64,000 nt of DNA, taken from assembly GCA_964016885.1 (NCBI GenBank), contig OZ024740.1, positions 72,974,001 through 73,038,000 on the forward strand. The letters are read 5' to 3'. Below are positions 14,328 to 30,965 of the stretch, in pieces (position 1 is the stretch's first letter; each line of letters opens with the position of its first letter). The notes beneath the pieces were generated by a model. The model was not told the origin of the DNA. It made no database searches and was given only the letters and a program-made list of their open reading frames with translations. A program made the position numbers and the translations under genes. Source of the DNA: Eledone cirrhosa. Taxonomy: Eukaryota.

Positions 14328-14650
14328 CATCATCATCATCACCACCAACAACAGAAGCCAGCAACAGCAACACCTACAACATCATCATCAACAGTAACAT
14401 CAACAGCACATCATCATCATCACCACCAACAACAGAAGCCAGCAACAGCAACACCTACAACATCATCATCAACAGTAACATCAACAGCACATCATCATCA
14501 TCACCACCAACAACAGAAGCCAGCAACAGCAACACCTACAACATCATCATCAACAGTAACATCAACAGCACATCATCATCATCACCACCAACAACAGAAG
14601 CCAGCAACAGCAACACCTACAACATCATCATCAACAGTAACATCAACAGT
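14328..14650 (+). repeat. 81-bp minisatellite, ~4 copies, inside (CAA/CAT/CAC)n low-complexity DNA
   Basis: acagaagccagc recurs at 14351, 14432 and onward with an 81-bp period. Confidence 0.9.
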
Positions 14651-15084
14651 ACAACATTACCACCACCACCACCACCACCACCACCACCACCACCACCACC
14701 ACCACTCACATCATTATCATCAACAGTAACAATGACAATAACAAGCCAAAGACAGACATCAAAGTACCAAGGTCACAATTTCATTACAAACACAATGTTG
14801 TCAGCATATTCCCAACAATGGAAACCTCCGAAATTCCCTCTACTTTAAAATATCCGGGTATTTTAAAGAGAATAACGACGACAATGAAACCCTCTTATTT
14901 CATATCACAGCCATTAAAAAATGCATCTTTATAGAATATAACTATACACAAATAACACAACACATGTAAATATACGTTTCTTTAATCAAGGTGACATGTA
15001 TAAATATATATATATATTTGTGTGTGTATGTTTGTGTGTATGTGTGTGCATGTGTGTGTGTGTGTATTTACACACACATGCACA

Positions 15085-15135
<51 letters not shown>

Positions 15136-15319
15136 GTGTGTGTGTGTGCATACACGCATCCAATTATAATTTCATACATATGTATAAATATATATATATA
15201 TATATATATACATATGTCCCCCCCCCCCCACACACACAAGCGTGAAACTAATATTAAAATGTGTACTGCCTCTTCGCTTCCACGTTGTTTTATTGTTTTT
15301 TGTTTACTGACTAAACAAT

Positions 15320-15353
<34 letters not shown>

Positions 15354-16129
15354 CATACATACATATATACATACATACATACAAATATATATATATATAT
15401 ATATTATATATATAATGTATGTTATTATTAATCTCTTTTATTTATCCAAAGTTGCTTCCAAATCTTCTAATTCAATTCTAATATACTTATGTATATAGAT
15501 ATATATGTGTGCGCGCGTGTATGTCTGTGTATATATACTGTATATATACACACGTATGTGTATCCGCATGATGAACTACTAGTGAATGGGAAATGAAGAA
15601 GGGATGGTCTTTAGATGGTGGTAAAGAACCTCCCAGAGTGAAGGCGGGATGTTATGGAACAATTAGGTGAGTTTACTGTGGTTAGTAATTTACGTTGACT
15701 GTGGTCATGGAAATATCTGCTCGGAGGGGTTAAATATGGTAAAACAGGAACAAGGGGGGTGGGCTTGTGCTGGTGGAGCAGGGCTACAGGATGGGATGTA
15801 TCATGAGGTGAATGTTATATGAGGGAGGAATAGAAAAACAGAAAGTAAAAAGAAAAAAAAAATGGTTTGTTATGCTTGTTATTCTACCGGATATGTTCTT
15901 TTTGTGTGTGGGGGGGGATTGTGGGGGTATGTTGGTGGTGTGGGGGTATTAGTCGTTTAGATGGTGGTGGTGGTGGTGGGGGTCGGTTGAAAAAAGAGAG
16001 AATATGCGGGAATGTTGGACAGAAGCTTCCTCAATGATGAATCTTAGGCTGCCCCAGGCTGATGTGACTGTTTAGTTCGTTCGTAATGGCGTCTGTTGTT
16101 ACTTTTACTCTGCTACATACCTTCATGTA

Positions 16130-16174
<45 letters not shown>

Positions 16175-16247
16175 TAGATACATATATATATATATATATA
16201 TAAACGCATATATATACACACATATATACATGAAATATATTCATATG

Positions 16248-16331
<84 letters not shown>

Positions 16332-16729
16332 AAGTGTAAAGATAGGGTTAATTAAAGAGTATCATTTAAATAAGATACCATTATAAGGAAGACGTAAATC
16401 CATTTAATAATCCATATAATAATTGTAAGGCTTAAACCAAAAGAAAGTTTTCCTCGCACTTATTAATTCCATTTGATTTGTTTCATCAGAAAATTTAAAG
16501 ATATATAAAATATACATAAAATTTATGCCAGTTATGTCTTCCAAATAGGAAATATCAGGATATCACAATGTCATATTGATAGGTGATAACTAGTACATGG
16601 ATTTACCTGCATATACTGGAAACTTACTGAAATGAGAATCTTTAACTAACCATGTCTTTAAACGTTATTTCATTTGTATAAAAGTGTATAAGAGTAATAC
16701 AAAAATTGTTAGGAGTTTTCTTTTGATTA

Positions 16730-17304
16730 CCGTATATGCCGGCGTACAAACCGATCGAACTCGTAGGTCGACTCCTAAAATTCTGAGCTGTATTTCAGGT
16801 TTAGGCCTATATTCGCCGGATAAGACGACCTCCGAAAAATAAGGCAGTTACAATAATTTAAAAAACAGAGGTTGCTTACATTTTTTGCTACCACAAAAAT
16901 AATGGAGTTGTAGGGGAAACAATTAAAAAAATGTAGTGGTGCGCTAAAGGCTAAGACACTTCTAAAACACTTCAGTCGCAAGTGAGTTCTAACTCACTAA
17001 GTAAACCAGCCTAGCCTAACCTTACGAACCTATGGTAACCTACTCTATGAGTTACAGCAAGTCATTGATATTATTATAATTTCTACGTTAAATAGACTTA
17101 ACAAATATGAGATTCTGTAGGAAATAATTGTGGTGGGCTGCTAGAGTTATGGTTAGTGGTGTACATCGGGTGTTAGGCAGGCAGTTTCACTGTTACCCCT
17201 CAGTGGTAAAGGTTCCCATTTTATATTCGTCGGACAAGTCGACCCCTGGTTTTGGAGAGATATTTTTAGGCTCTAAATGTCGACTTGTACGCCGGCATAT
17301 ACGG
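16730..17304. mobile_element. pogo/Tc2-like (Tc1/mariner superfamily) MITE
   Basis: TIRs CCGTATATGCCGGCGTACA and TGTACGCCGGCATATACGG with TA on both sides (16728-29, 17305-06); internal gtcgac/gacgac subterminal motifs. Confidence 0.85.
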
Positions 17305-17637
17305 TAGTTATATTCTGTAAACTTATACTTGTACAATATTTTGAATTAATTTACCCCGTGTATTACACATTAGATGAGTCGGTTCGTTCTATTTGATGAT
17401 GGTATAAACACAGTAAGATTCACATTTTCAATGCATATCTTAACCAAGTTTGATATCTCAACTTATTACTTTTGTTTATTATTAAAATATATGAAAATTA
17501 TAGTAATATATGAGGTTATAGTGTAATAGCTCACTATTTTCATTGGTAAGATTAGTTAAGATAGATGTATGTTTTTAGAATACTCTAGCCGCATCGAACG
17601 CCCGTAACGATAAATAAAAAAATAAATAAATAACGAT

Positions 17638-17820
17638 AATAATGTTTCTACTTTTGGCACAAAGCCAGCAATTACCCCAGTGCATTACTGGTACTTTATT
17701 TTATCGATCCCGTAAGGATGAAAGGCAAAGTTAACCTCGGCGGGATTTGAACTCAGACCGTAATGGACCGTAACTCTATGCTGCAAAGCATGGCGTCCGA
17801 CCTTCTACCGATACTGCCAA
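17638..17820 (-). mobile_element. tRNA-derived SINE family A
   Basis: Highly similar to copies at 53766-53948, 57596-57790 and 63265-63455. Confidence 0.9.
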
Positions 17821-18340
17821 ATAATATTAATAATGATCTTTGCTCTTATTGAATTTTGAATTATATGAAAATTATATTTAAAATTGTTTGTAAGAAAATA
17901 AAAACAACAACAACAACAACAAAAAATAGATTCTAATATATCAATCAGATTTCGATGAATGTATCTTCGATAAATTACAGTTTAAGATTGACGTCTCAAA
18001 ACCTTTCCCACCACCAAACTTATCAAAGACTATTTACTTTCTCTAACGAAAATCGTTTTGGTATGTTGGTTTGATTGCCTATTCCTATCATACCATATTT
18101 ACCAAATATTAATATAGCTTACTTCTTTTGATGGAGATTTTATCTATGTTTTGTATGTTATAGTTTTCGTATCAGTTATATTTCCGGCCGTGTGCGTCGA
18201 TATAATTATCTCTTAATAATAGCTTCCAGAGTTTTGTATATATAATCACGTGTATCAGCTACACACACGGATGTGTACAGATAGTTATGTATACAAACAG
18301 CCACTAACACACGCACACACACGCACATATATAAATATGC

Positions 18341-18371
<31 letters not shown>

Positions 18372-18472
18372 CATATATATATATACACATATATATTATA
18401 TTTATATATATATATTATATTTATATATATATATATATACACATATATTATATTTATATATATATATATACT

Positions 18473-18549
<77 letters not shown>

Positions 18550-18552
<3 letters not shown>

Positions 18553-19625
18553 GATAGACATAGAATATTCGAAAATATTCTGTATGTTTATAATAAACAT
18601 TTTGAAGACCTAATCGCTATAGAATAGAATACGTCACGTATTACAATTAGATTCTCGATAAAAGCAAGGGAAGTAACCTACGCGTTTCATTCTTATTAGA
18701 TATCTTCAGGATTACATATCCAGTGCTTTTATCGAGAATGACACAGCTAGAGACTTATAGAATACTTAGCTGTGTACAGGAACTGGTTTGAAAGAGCGGT
18801 TGCCGGTCCGGCAGAAATTAGAAATTGGAATAAATGCTCTGAAATAGCGATATATATGTGAAGATAGACATAGAATATTCGAAAATATTCTGTATGTTTA
18901 TAATAAACATTTTGAAGACCTAATCGCTATAGAATAGAATACGTCACGTATTACAATTAGATTCTCGATAAAAGCAAGGGAAGTAACCTACGCGTTTCAT
19001 TCTTATTAGAAATCTTCAGGATTACATATCCAGTGCTTTTATCGAGAATGACACAGCTAGAGACTTATAGAATACTTAGCTGTGTACAGGAACTGGTTTG
19101 AAAGAGCGGTTGCCGGTCCGGCAGAAATTAGAAATTGGAATAAATGCTCTGAAATAGCGATATATATGTGAAGATAGACATAGAATATTCGAAAATATTC
19201 TGTATGTTTATAATAAACATTTTGAAGACCTAATCGCTATAGAATAGAATACGTCACGTATTACAATTAGATTCTCGATAAAAGCAAGGGAAGTAACCTA
19301 CGCGTTTCATTCTTATTAGAAATCTTCAGGATTACATATCCAGTGCTTTTATCGAGAATGACACAGCTAGAGACTTATAGAATACTTAGCTGTGTACAGG
19401 AACTGGTTTGAAAGAGCGGTTGCCGGTCCGGCAGAAATTAGAAATTGGAATAAATGCTCTGAAATAGCGATATATATGTGAAGATAGACATAGTGACATA
19501 CGTGACGTATTCTATTCTATAGCGATTAGGTCTTCAAAATGTTTATTATAAACATACAGAATATTTTCGAATATTCTATGTCTATCTTCACATATATATC
19601 GCTATTTCAGAGCATTTATTCCAAT
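18550..19625 (-). repeat. Three tandem 310-bp units, each with a minimal HHR, followed by an inverted partial unit (retrozyme/pLTR-like)
   Basis: aagatagaca starts at 18551, 18861, 19171 and 19481. Segment ~19498-19625 is the reverse complement of the unit junction. (TA)n on both sides. Confidence 0.92.
18673..18715 (-). ncRNA. Minimal type I hammerhead (copies at 18983-19025 and 19293-19335)
   Basis: GTAATC-CTGAAGA-t(a/t)TCT aata AGAat-GAAA-CGCG-TA-GGTTAC, enclosed by a further 16-bp helix attctcgataaaagca/tgcttttatcgagaat. Confidence 0.8.
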
Positions 19626-19804
19626 ATATATATATATATAATATTAAGGATACTATTTATGGTTATGTATATATTAAAACTTTTTATAGTTATGTATATT
19701 TTAAACCCTAAACAGTGAATGTCAGTAATTTAATACTACCTTATTACCACAAAGATAAATAGCTCAATGTAATAACATCAGTTGTTCTACAGAGCAGTTA
19801 TATA

Positions 19805-20667
<863 letters not shown>

Positions 20668-20760
20668 TATTTATATTTATATTTACATATGTTTGATATA
20701 ACTATAAATATGTAGGGTAGTACTAAGTACTACCCGGTTACCGATGCATATATCTATATA

Positions 20761-20812
<52 letters not shown>

Positions 20813-20822
20813 TATATATATG

Positions 20823-20857
<35 letters not shown>

Positions 20858-20884
20858 ATATATATATATATGTATACACATATA

Positions 20885-20971
<87 letters not shown>

Positions 20972-20973
<2 letters not shown>

Positions 20974-21865
20974 TATGAAGAGAGAAGAAACATTTAGATA
21001 TAATTAGTAATAAAATGTATCATAACGTAGTCGAGGAATTTAGGAACAGTTTAGGTATGATACATTTTATTACTAATTATATCTAAATGTTTCTTCTCTC
21101 TTCATAATGTATTTTTAACTCTGATACTGGTTCAGTCTAGTTCAAACTGAATTGGTCTGTCCCAGTCATTCATTGAGCAACATCGGTGAAGTTGGCACCC
21201 TTAACTCACAGTTGGGTGCGGATGCATTCATGTATATATGTGTGTGTCCGCATGTATCTGTGTGTTTCTAAATATATTAATAACTCCCTCTGGTCGAGCA
21301 ATCTTTGAAGTGTGGGGACAACTGGAAAGCTTCCATTACTCATACTTCTCGCCTTCTTCACTACCTCTTCTGCGGCCTCGATATGAATACCCCCTCCGCC
21401 TCCGTGGTATTTTCTTCGTGGTTATAAGAGGCTTAGCTCTGTTTCTCGACCGTTATATCGCGTGACTATCTCCCCCTCCGCCTTTTGGGATTCTTTCTCA
21501 CGTCGTGTAGACGCGTTCTTGAGACCAGTAAAATGAGGTATCCTCTTGATAAGTCGGCAGACCTCGCAAGGACTCTATATCTTTGATATATTGTTTTTGT
21601 TTATGCCACGAAACTACGTAGTCGAGGAATTTAGGAACAGTTTAGGTATGATGCATTTTATTACTAATTATATCTAAATGTTTCTTCTCTCTTCATAATG
21701 TATTTTTAACTCTGATACTGGTTCAGTCTAATTCAAACTGAATTGGTCTGTCCCAGTCATTCATTGAGCAACATCGGTGAAGTTGGCACCCTTAACTCAC
21801 AGTTGGGTGCGGATGCATTCATGTATATATGTGTGTCCCCGCATGTATCTGTGTGTTTCTAAATA
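20972..21865 (+). repeat. Partial-tandem pLTR-like element (~250-bp direct repeats, period ~591 bp) with 5' inversion and decayed HHR
   Basis: 21026-21275 matches 21617-21865; 20972-21024 is the inverse of ~21056-21109. HHR TCCTC-ttgataa...GAAA-CTACGTAG-TC-GAGGA at 21541-21628. Confidence 0.85.
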
Positions 21866-21916
21866 TATATATATATAATAATTGTTTCTACTTTAGGCAC
21901 AAGGCTAGCAATTACA

Positions 21917-23833
21917 ATAATAATAATAATAATAATGATTTCTTTATTGGACACAAGGGCTGACATCAATAAAAACATTACAGACGGCACAGGGCGGTAC
22001 AGGACGGTACGATGTGGGTTTATGCGTGTAAAGATTTTTATTATTTATATAAAAAAGAAAAAAAAAGACATAGAAACATATATATAAACAATAAAAATGA
22101 AAATTGAAACAATGAAAAATTCCTCAATAGGGGGGAAACCTCTGAGGGTTACTCGTGGCGAAAATCGCACAAAAGACCACGGCCACCCTGACCACCAGGG
22201 CAAGTGCCCTCTCTCAATTTTCCCAATTTTTCCATCTCTCAAACTACAGGCGTATATTCAGAGTGGTCCCGTTCACTCGGACCATTCTCGCTACATACAC
22301 CCACCTTTCAACAAACTTGCTAGAAGACAGCACTTGCCTCTCCACCCTGATTTTCCTCTTCAAGTGAAACTTGAAAAAGTTAATTAGGGATTCGCCGAAG
22401 AGGAAAGTGTTTGTCTTTAACCTTTTCAACCTTGTCCACCACACAATCTCTTTCGCCATGGCCACCAGGCAGATGAAAACCGCCTGCCCTTCCTCCTCGA
22501 AGGAAGACGGCGAGACCATCTGCACAATGGACTCAGTCGATAACCGGATCAGTCCCACACGTGGCAGCAACTGTTCGACATAGCTCCACAAGTCAGAAAT
22601 GCTCGGGCACTTTAACGAGTGCGTGCACGACGGTTTCGTCGCTCTGAGCGCATCCCGGACAGGCTCGGCTGACGGCACTTCCGTGCCTGTAGAGCTTATT
22701 TCGAACCGGCAGCGCTCCCCGGTAGCACTGCCAGGCCAGGGATTTTTGGAAGTTATCCATAGTCCCTGGGCTGAAAGTTCTCCGGAAGAGAGCAAACAGC
22801 TGATCTTCGACGTCCAGGATCTCTCAGAGAACGTCATCGCTCTTCCCCTCCACTAGTCCTCTATAGAACGCCGGGGTGGATGTTACACCGATACTGGTGT
22901 CCAGCTGGCAGAGGGCAGTGAGCGCCTGGAGACATTCCAGTTTCCAAGCGCTATCCCTCGGTCTTTTCCTGACCCAGGACTGCAGCTCCGTCAAGGAGAC
23001 GAGCTGTGGGAAAACATGCCTGGCGAACGTCGACCACATCTGTTCACCATCAAGGAAGCACCAGAGATGTCGCAGCTTCAGAGCATGTTTGCGCATCATC
23101 AGCCATGGCATGCCCAGTCCTCCACGCAACGGGTATTGACAGCAGATGGATCGTCTGACTATGGGAGCGCGTCCCTTCCACAAAAAGCGGAAGAGGAGGC
23201 GCTCCATTTTGGTGAGAGTTGGGCCGGGGCAAGGGACGACGGTGAGGCGGTAGCAGATGACGGATGGGATGTACGCATTCGCCACCTCCGCCCGGCATTT
23301 CAGGGACAGCTTCCTCTCCGCCCATTTCTGGGTGAGGGAGGCAAACCTTGCTCGTCACCTCGCCCCAATTTTTCTCCATCTGGAGGTCCGGTCCGAACCA
23401 GACCCCGAGCAATTTAACCGGTCCGTCCGTCCAACGCCCCACGACGCTGTCGGACGGCATGGACTTGCCTCTCCAGGTGCCGAGCTGCAAGCCCACCGAC
23501 CTTTCCTGGTTTATCTTTGCTCCTGTCACCGCTTCGTATTCCTTGAGAGCGGTGCCGAGCATCTGGATGTGTCTGGTGCTCGACACCACCACGGCGACGT
23601 CGTCGGCGTAAGCCGATTAGGATTTCCCGCATCCTAGTTCGCGTGGGACGCCCCTCATCGCCCCCCAGTTTGTGCAGTAACGGCTCGAGAGCCAATACGT
23701 ACAAGAGGGACGACAGGGGACAACCCTGGCGGAACGAGCGAATGATGCTGAACGGCTGCGACAGGTGACCGTTCACCCTCACAACTGAGCAGATGTCGCA
23801 ACGATCCAACCCCTGAAAACGGGCCCGAAACCT
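21917..23833 (-). mobile_element. 5'-truncated, frameshifted Tx1/L1-like LINE (RT C-half to 3'UTR)
   Basis: Motifs RQGCPLSSLLYVLALEPL, AYADDV (~23595-23612), VKLLGVWF and FRFLWKG..GGLGMP; AATAAA and an (ATT)n tail at the 3' end. Confidence 0.92.
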
Positions 23834-24052
23834 TAGTACGGCTGATACTTAAATATAAGTATGTATTCGTACATACATACAGTGTCCGTACGAAGAGTGA
23901 GAAATGAAATTTCGTTTCATTCTATTCCATTTATCGTTTTCGGTACGCCCGGCCGATTAACTCACTCGATATGCAAATTAGGCTGCTCAGCCGTTAATAT
24001 GCATAGGGAAAGTATATACTTTCAAACGTTCAATCATCTGACAGGAAGGTAT

Positions 24053-24095
24053 ACGATGCTGACGATAGCTAATAAGCTTGAAACTAGTTCATCGT
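24053..24095 (+). ncRNA. Minimal type I hammerhead
   Basis: ACGATG-CTGACGA-t-AGCT aata AGCT-t-GAAA-CTAG-TT-CATCGT; stem I extends via ctgacaggaagg/cctttgtcag. Confidence 0.82.
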
Positions 24096-24299
24096 TCCTT
24101 TGTCAGTGTTGAACAAAAGAGCAACGATTGTTGCCGAACACTGTACGGCGTAATTCGGGCTGTTTGTTTACAAACAAACCGAACATTATAATAAATGTTC
24201 GGTAGAACCATACGTACATATATATATATGCGTACATGTATGTATATATATATATACATACTACTGTCTGTACGTCTGTATACATATATGTATGTACGT

Positions 24300-25698
<1,399 letters not shown>

Positions 25699-25846
25699 AG
25701 AATTAAAATACTTGAGTGTGTTGGAGTTAAACACCCTTTTCGTATTATAGAAATGACAGTAAAGGTATAGCTCAATGTAATTAAACAGAGCCGAAGAATT
25801 ATGAAAATAGTTTTCGGCTTGTATTGGCTGATAGTGCTTCTTATAG

Positions 25847-25900
25847 CTTTAATTGCCCTGATGAGTCCTGAATAAGACGAAAGATTGTTGGCTAATAAAG
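25847..25900 (+). ncRNA. Minimal type I hammerhead
   Basis: ctttaattGCC-CTGATGA-GTC ctgaataa GAC-GAAA-gattg-TT-GGCtaataaag. Confidence 0.7.
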
Positions 25901-25940
25901 ACTTTTGATGTATTGAAGGCTTCTTTGGTTTATTTTCATA

Positions 25941-25971
<31 letters not shown>

Positions 25972-25976
<5 letters not shown>

Positions 25977-26157
25977 AGGCTTCTACAGGACTAGAACTGT
26001 TTCATTCGGGAGAAATCGTCAGTGAGCTTCCTGACGATATCTTCCGAATGAAACAGTTCTAGTCCTGTAGAAGTCTTTCTATATTAAATATTTATACTCT
26101 GCTTTATATTGAGTACCTTACTTACTGTGGTTACCCCCGATTGAACCCGGGATAAAC
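25972..26157 (+). mobile_element. Short HHR family H1, head-to-head double hammerhead plus ~75-bp tail
   Basis: GCTTC-CTGACGA-tatcttccgaat-GAAA-CAG ttctagtc CTG-TA-GAAGT at 26026-26074, mirrored at ~25979-26027. Tail ends ggttacccccgattgaacccgggataa. Confidence 0.85.
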
Positions 26158-26195
26158 ATATATATATATACACACACGTAATGGAGCAGGTTCTG

Positions 26196-26241
<46 letters not shown>

Positions 26242-27454
26242 GAACCTGCTCCATTACAAGTATACACTATGTTAGCACTCTGAGAATATTTCTTATTGAA
26301 TGAGTATATGAGACCAACCGAACGATAAAATATTTATACTATCGACTATCGCCTCGGTATACAGATATATATATATGTGTGTGTGTGTCCACAATGGTCA
26401 ATATCGACAGCCAGTGCCTGCCGGAACTATCCAAGGGCTTGATTGAAATTTTGCCATACATATGTATAAAGAAAAGAAAATACAATAAAATGCAACATAC
26501 TTGTACAGATTTCTTATTTATATATAATTAGTCTTTATTGTCTATGCATGTTATATTCTTTTTATTAATTGATTTTCTATTGTATATGTCTGCAGTCAAT
26601 AAAGATTCGAGGATTCCTGAAGGGGGCAACGGTTTAAAAGTCTAGGAATTCCTGCTCTACAGCCACGGTTAGACAGCATATATCTCATCTTTGCTCCACA
26701 GACAAAATGGCGAAAGCTTTTGCCGCGGAGAACTGCCAGCGATCATCTACATCAGCAATCTTACTTCACGTAGCTATTTCTTCATGTGTGATACCGTCTT
26801 CCAGATTAGGTGGAAGGAACAAACAGTCAGGGTACCAAGGACAGCGGAGATCTCAATGGTCACCGGCACAGTAAAAAAAAAAACTACTGTTTTTCATAAT
26901 GGATTATCTGAGGTTAGAAAATTCTGTTCACAAATCAGAAAAATAAATCTCTGAAAATTATACTAAGCATTATTATAATGAAAAGAATCAGCTTCACAGT
27001 AACTTTTGAAGATTTACCGTGACGTGATGATATGTGGAGAAACAGTGGCTTAACTTTAGCTTCACATTAACTTAACAGAAGATCAATTGTTGGTTTATAA
27101 AGAAGAAATTTCTAAAGCCTATTTACACATCAAAAGCTGTTGATAGATTTTTTTCTTACACGACTCAAAGTCAGGAATGAAGGTAGATATTTTAAAAACA
27201 ACAACAACAACACTAGCAGCAGCTGCAGCAACAACTACAACGTCTAAACCTCGTCGTGGTGGCTTGACGACCTAGAAATATCTGGCACCCGTAAGTGAAA
27301 TTTTATAACTTTACCGGTTTAAAAAGAGGACACAGTAGATAATGAATTTCAAAGCCCCTCATATTCACACACTCATAAACAAATATATGTGTATATATAA
27401 ATACATGTGTGTTTGTGTGCAGACACACACACAGACACACACACACACACACAG

Positions 27455-27500
<46 letters not shown>

Positions 27501-27669
27501 GTATGGTTGCAGGTAACTCGGAGGGACTTTTCTTGATTGACAAGTTACTTGATGAGCTGAGACTTCTCGTAGTGCTAAGAAAGTGGTATTTCTCAGCGAA
27601 ACTGCAGTCGGGACATCAAAGTAAATAAGTAAAAATGTGTTGCCATCTTGTTTACTTTTCCCAAATATG

Positions 27670-27729
<60 letters not shown>

Positions 27730-28164
27730 TATATATATATATAGGAAAATGTTCAGGAGCCCGACGGCTTGTCGAAACGGCTTGCGGCTTGAGCTCTGCC
27801 GTCGGGGTCCTGAACCTTTTCCTATTACTCACTCTACTACCCAAAGTATCGAGTACTCTGGTGCGTTATGGTCCACCTGGTTCCTCACGAAACACAATTT
27901 ATTAACGTATTACAAGTGTTCCTCCGGCGAACAGCTCGAGGTGCGATCTATTTGTGGATCGAACCTGACTCTGGATTCGCAAGTTCCTCAGATACATCTA
28001 GCGACTTCGAAGCTGTTCACCGGAGAAACAATTGTAATACGTTAATAAATTGAGTTTCGATGCATCACTGATTCTTCGTTTTCCATATTATTATACTCTG
28101 CTCCGAAGGAACATAGAGTGCTCAACCGGCATACCACATATGGAAGCATCCAAGCAGCCTTACC

Positions 28165-28236
<72 letters not shown>

Positions 28237-28239
<3 letters not shown>

Positions 28240-28420
28240 TTATTCGGGGTTGAATCGGAGGTAACCACAGTAAGTAAGGTACTCAATACATAGCAGAGTA
28301 AAACAGTTTTAATATAGAAGAGCTTCTACAGGAATAGAACTGTTTCATTCGTGAGAAATCGTCAGGAAGCTTCCTGACAATTTCTCACGAATGAAACAGT
28401 TCTAGTCCTGTAGAAGCTCT
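28237..28420 (-). mobile_element. Family H1 copy with palindromic double HHR centred on AAGCTT
   Basis: Minus HHR at 28322-28370 is intact; plus HHR at 28369-28417 has CTGACAA. Other H1 pieces at 29178-29338, 31000-31108, 37600-37683, 38727-38812 and 54058-54245. Confidence 0.88.
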
Positions 28421-28428
28421 GTTCTCTC

Positions 28429-28549
<121 letters not shown>

Positions 28550-28675
28550 CGCAAAATAATTATTTTACGTCTCTCATATTATTGTTCTGCATCCCCATGC
28601 ATTGAACAACAAAGTTACTAAGACAAAACCTATAGTATGCATTTGTGTATATATATGTTACTAAATATACTAATT

Positions 28676-28897
<222 letters not shown>

Positions 28898-29003
28898 TTT
28901 TGCGAGGTTTTTTATATGAAATCGTGTGTCGAAACAGATATTGTTATATTTGGGGAGGGTCATATTTGCGTAATATTACGCAAATATGACCCTCCCCAAA
29001 TAT

Positions 29004-29101
<98 letters not shown>

Positions 29102-29122
29102 ACATATATTCATATATATATA

Positions 29123-29179
<57 letters not shown>

Positions 29180-29334
29180 GTTATTCCGGGTTGAATCGGA
29201 GGTAACCACAGTAAGTAAGGTACTCAATACATTGCAGAGTATAAAAGTTTTAATATAGATGAGATTCTACAGGACTAGAACTGTTCTAAAGAATGAGAAA
29301 CAGTTCTAGTCCTGTAGAACCTCATCTATATTAA

Positions 29335-29405
<71 letters not shown>

Positions 29406-30103
29406 TATATATAGATATAGATATATCATATGTATGACAAATGCATGAGATAATCACGGTTGAATCATTATCATTGAACATAGGTCTGATCGATAAGGGA
29501 TGATTGGACTAAATAAAAACAAGAGCAATAAATCAACCACACCTGAATTGATGTAATACGTGATGGACGTTGAAGATATTAAAACTATAATCTACTACAC
29601 TGTATATACACAGCAACACTGAATATATGATTATCAAACGTACCTATATTCACCTATATATACATCGCCTCAGTACTTTAATACTGAGTATGATATAAAT
29701 GTAAGATATGTAATCTTACGTTGTACCTTAATAGAGTGTCCTGTTCCGTTAAAAAAACGACTAGTAGACTTGTCAATAATTACGGCAATAGCGTTGAATA
29801 TATTTAAGTCCAAAATTGGTATACCATATATACCAGGATTACCGGTATATACAATCATACAAACTATGAAACTTTGTTTTGGTAAATTAGTGGTTTACAT
29901 AAGAGAAATCCTATAGTTTACGTTGTTTATTAACACGTGAAAATGATTAAAAATGAAACCAGGACCTTGTGATTTGAAAGCGAAGAATTATTTTAGCAGT
30001 ATGACTCAGATGGTAAATGCATTGTATATGTATGTCTGATTTTATATATATATATATATATTAACAAATGGAAACTATATTCATAAAACCATATTAATTT
30101 TAT

Positions 30104-30201
<98 letters not shown>

Positions 30202-30250
30202 ATATTAACAAATGGAAACTATATTCATAAAACCATATTTATTTTATTAT

Positions 30251-30281
<31 letters not shown>

Positions 30282-30331
30282 CAATATATTAACAAATGGA
30301 AACTATATTCATAAAACCATATTTATTTTAT

Positions 30332-30425
<94 letters not shown>

Positions 30426-30429
30426 TATA

Positions 30430-30494
<65 letters not shown>

Positions 30495-30895
30495 ATATGG
30501 AGGAATCCACTATTATTTTGGTAAGGTGCTTAAAGCTCAATGCGTACTTAAGGTCGACGGTAAGCAGGGATATAAGCATAATCAAAGGTGTACTCCGAAT
30601 AGTTAAGACACTTGCAGTTGAAGACAATAATAGTGGCAGAGTATAAATATTTAATACAGAATGAAACCAAGGTTGTTATTTTAAAATCACATCTTTAATC
30701 TCAACAATTGTTTCTATACAGATAAATAGTTACAATTAATAATTTACATAGTACTAAGACTTGAAATGTCTTGAGGAGTGGTGGGAGAGATTAATTTAAC
30801 AGATTGACGACAATATAAGTGGCAAATAGAGCGGAAGAGGATTGTTATAGCTGCGATGTACATAGACATGTAATAGACTTTTAGCACAAGCATTA

Positions 30896-30965
<70 letters not shown>

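Noticed and set aside
14097-14729. 210-aa His/Thr/Gln-rich ORF with 27-aa repeats
   Set aside because: It derives from trinucleotide low-complexity DNA and an 81-bp minisatellite; there is no splice or domain support.
18550-19495. CRISPR-like or rDNA-like array interpretation of the tandem repeats
   Set aside because: Whole units are identical with no unique spacers, there is no rRNA similarity, and the context is eukaryotic.
26691-26954. Possible exon or ORF after a ccacag acceptor
   Set aside because: No recognisable protein in any frame and no clear donor site.
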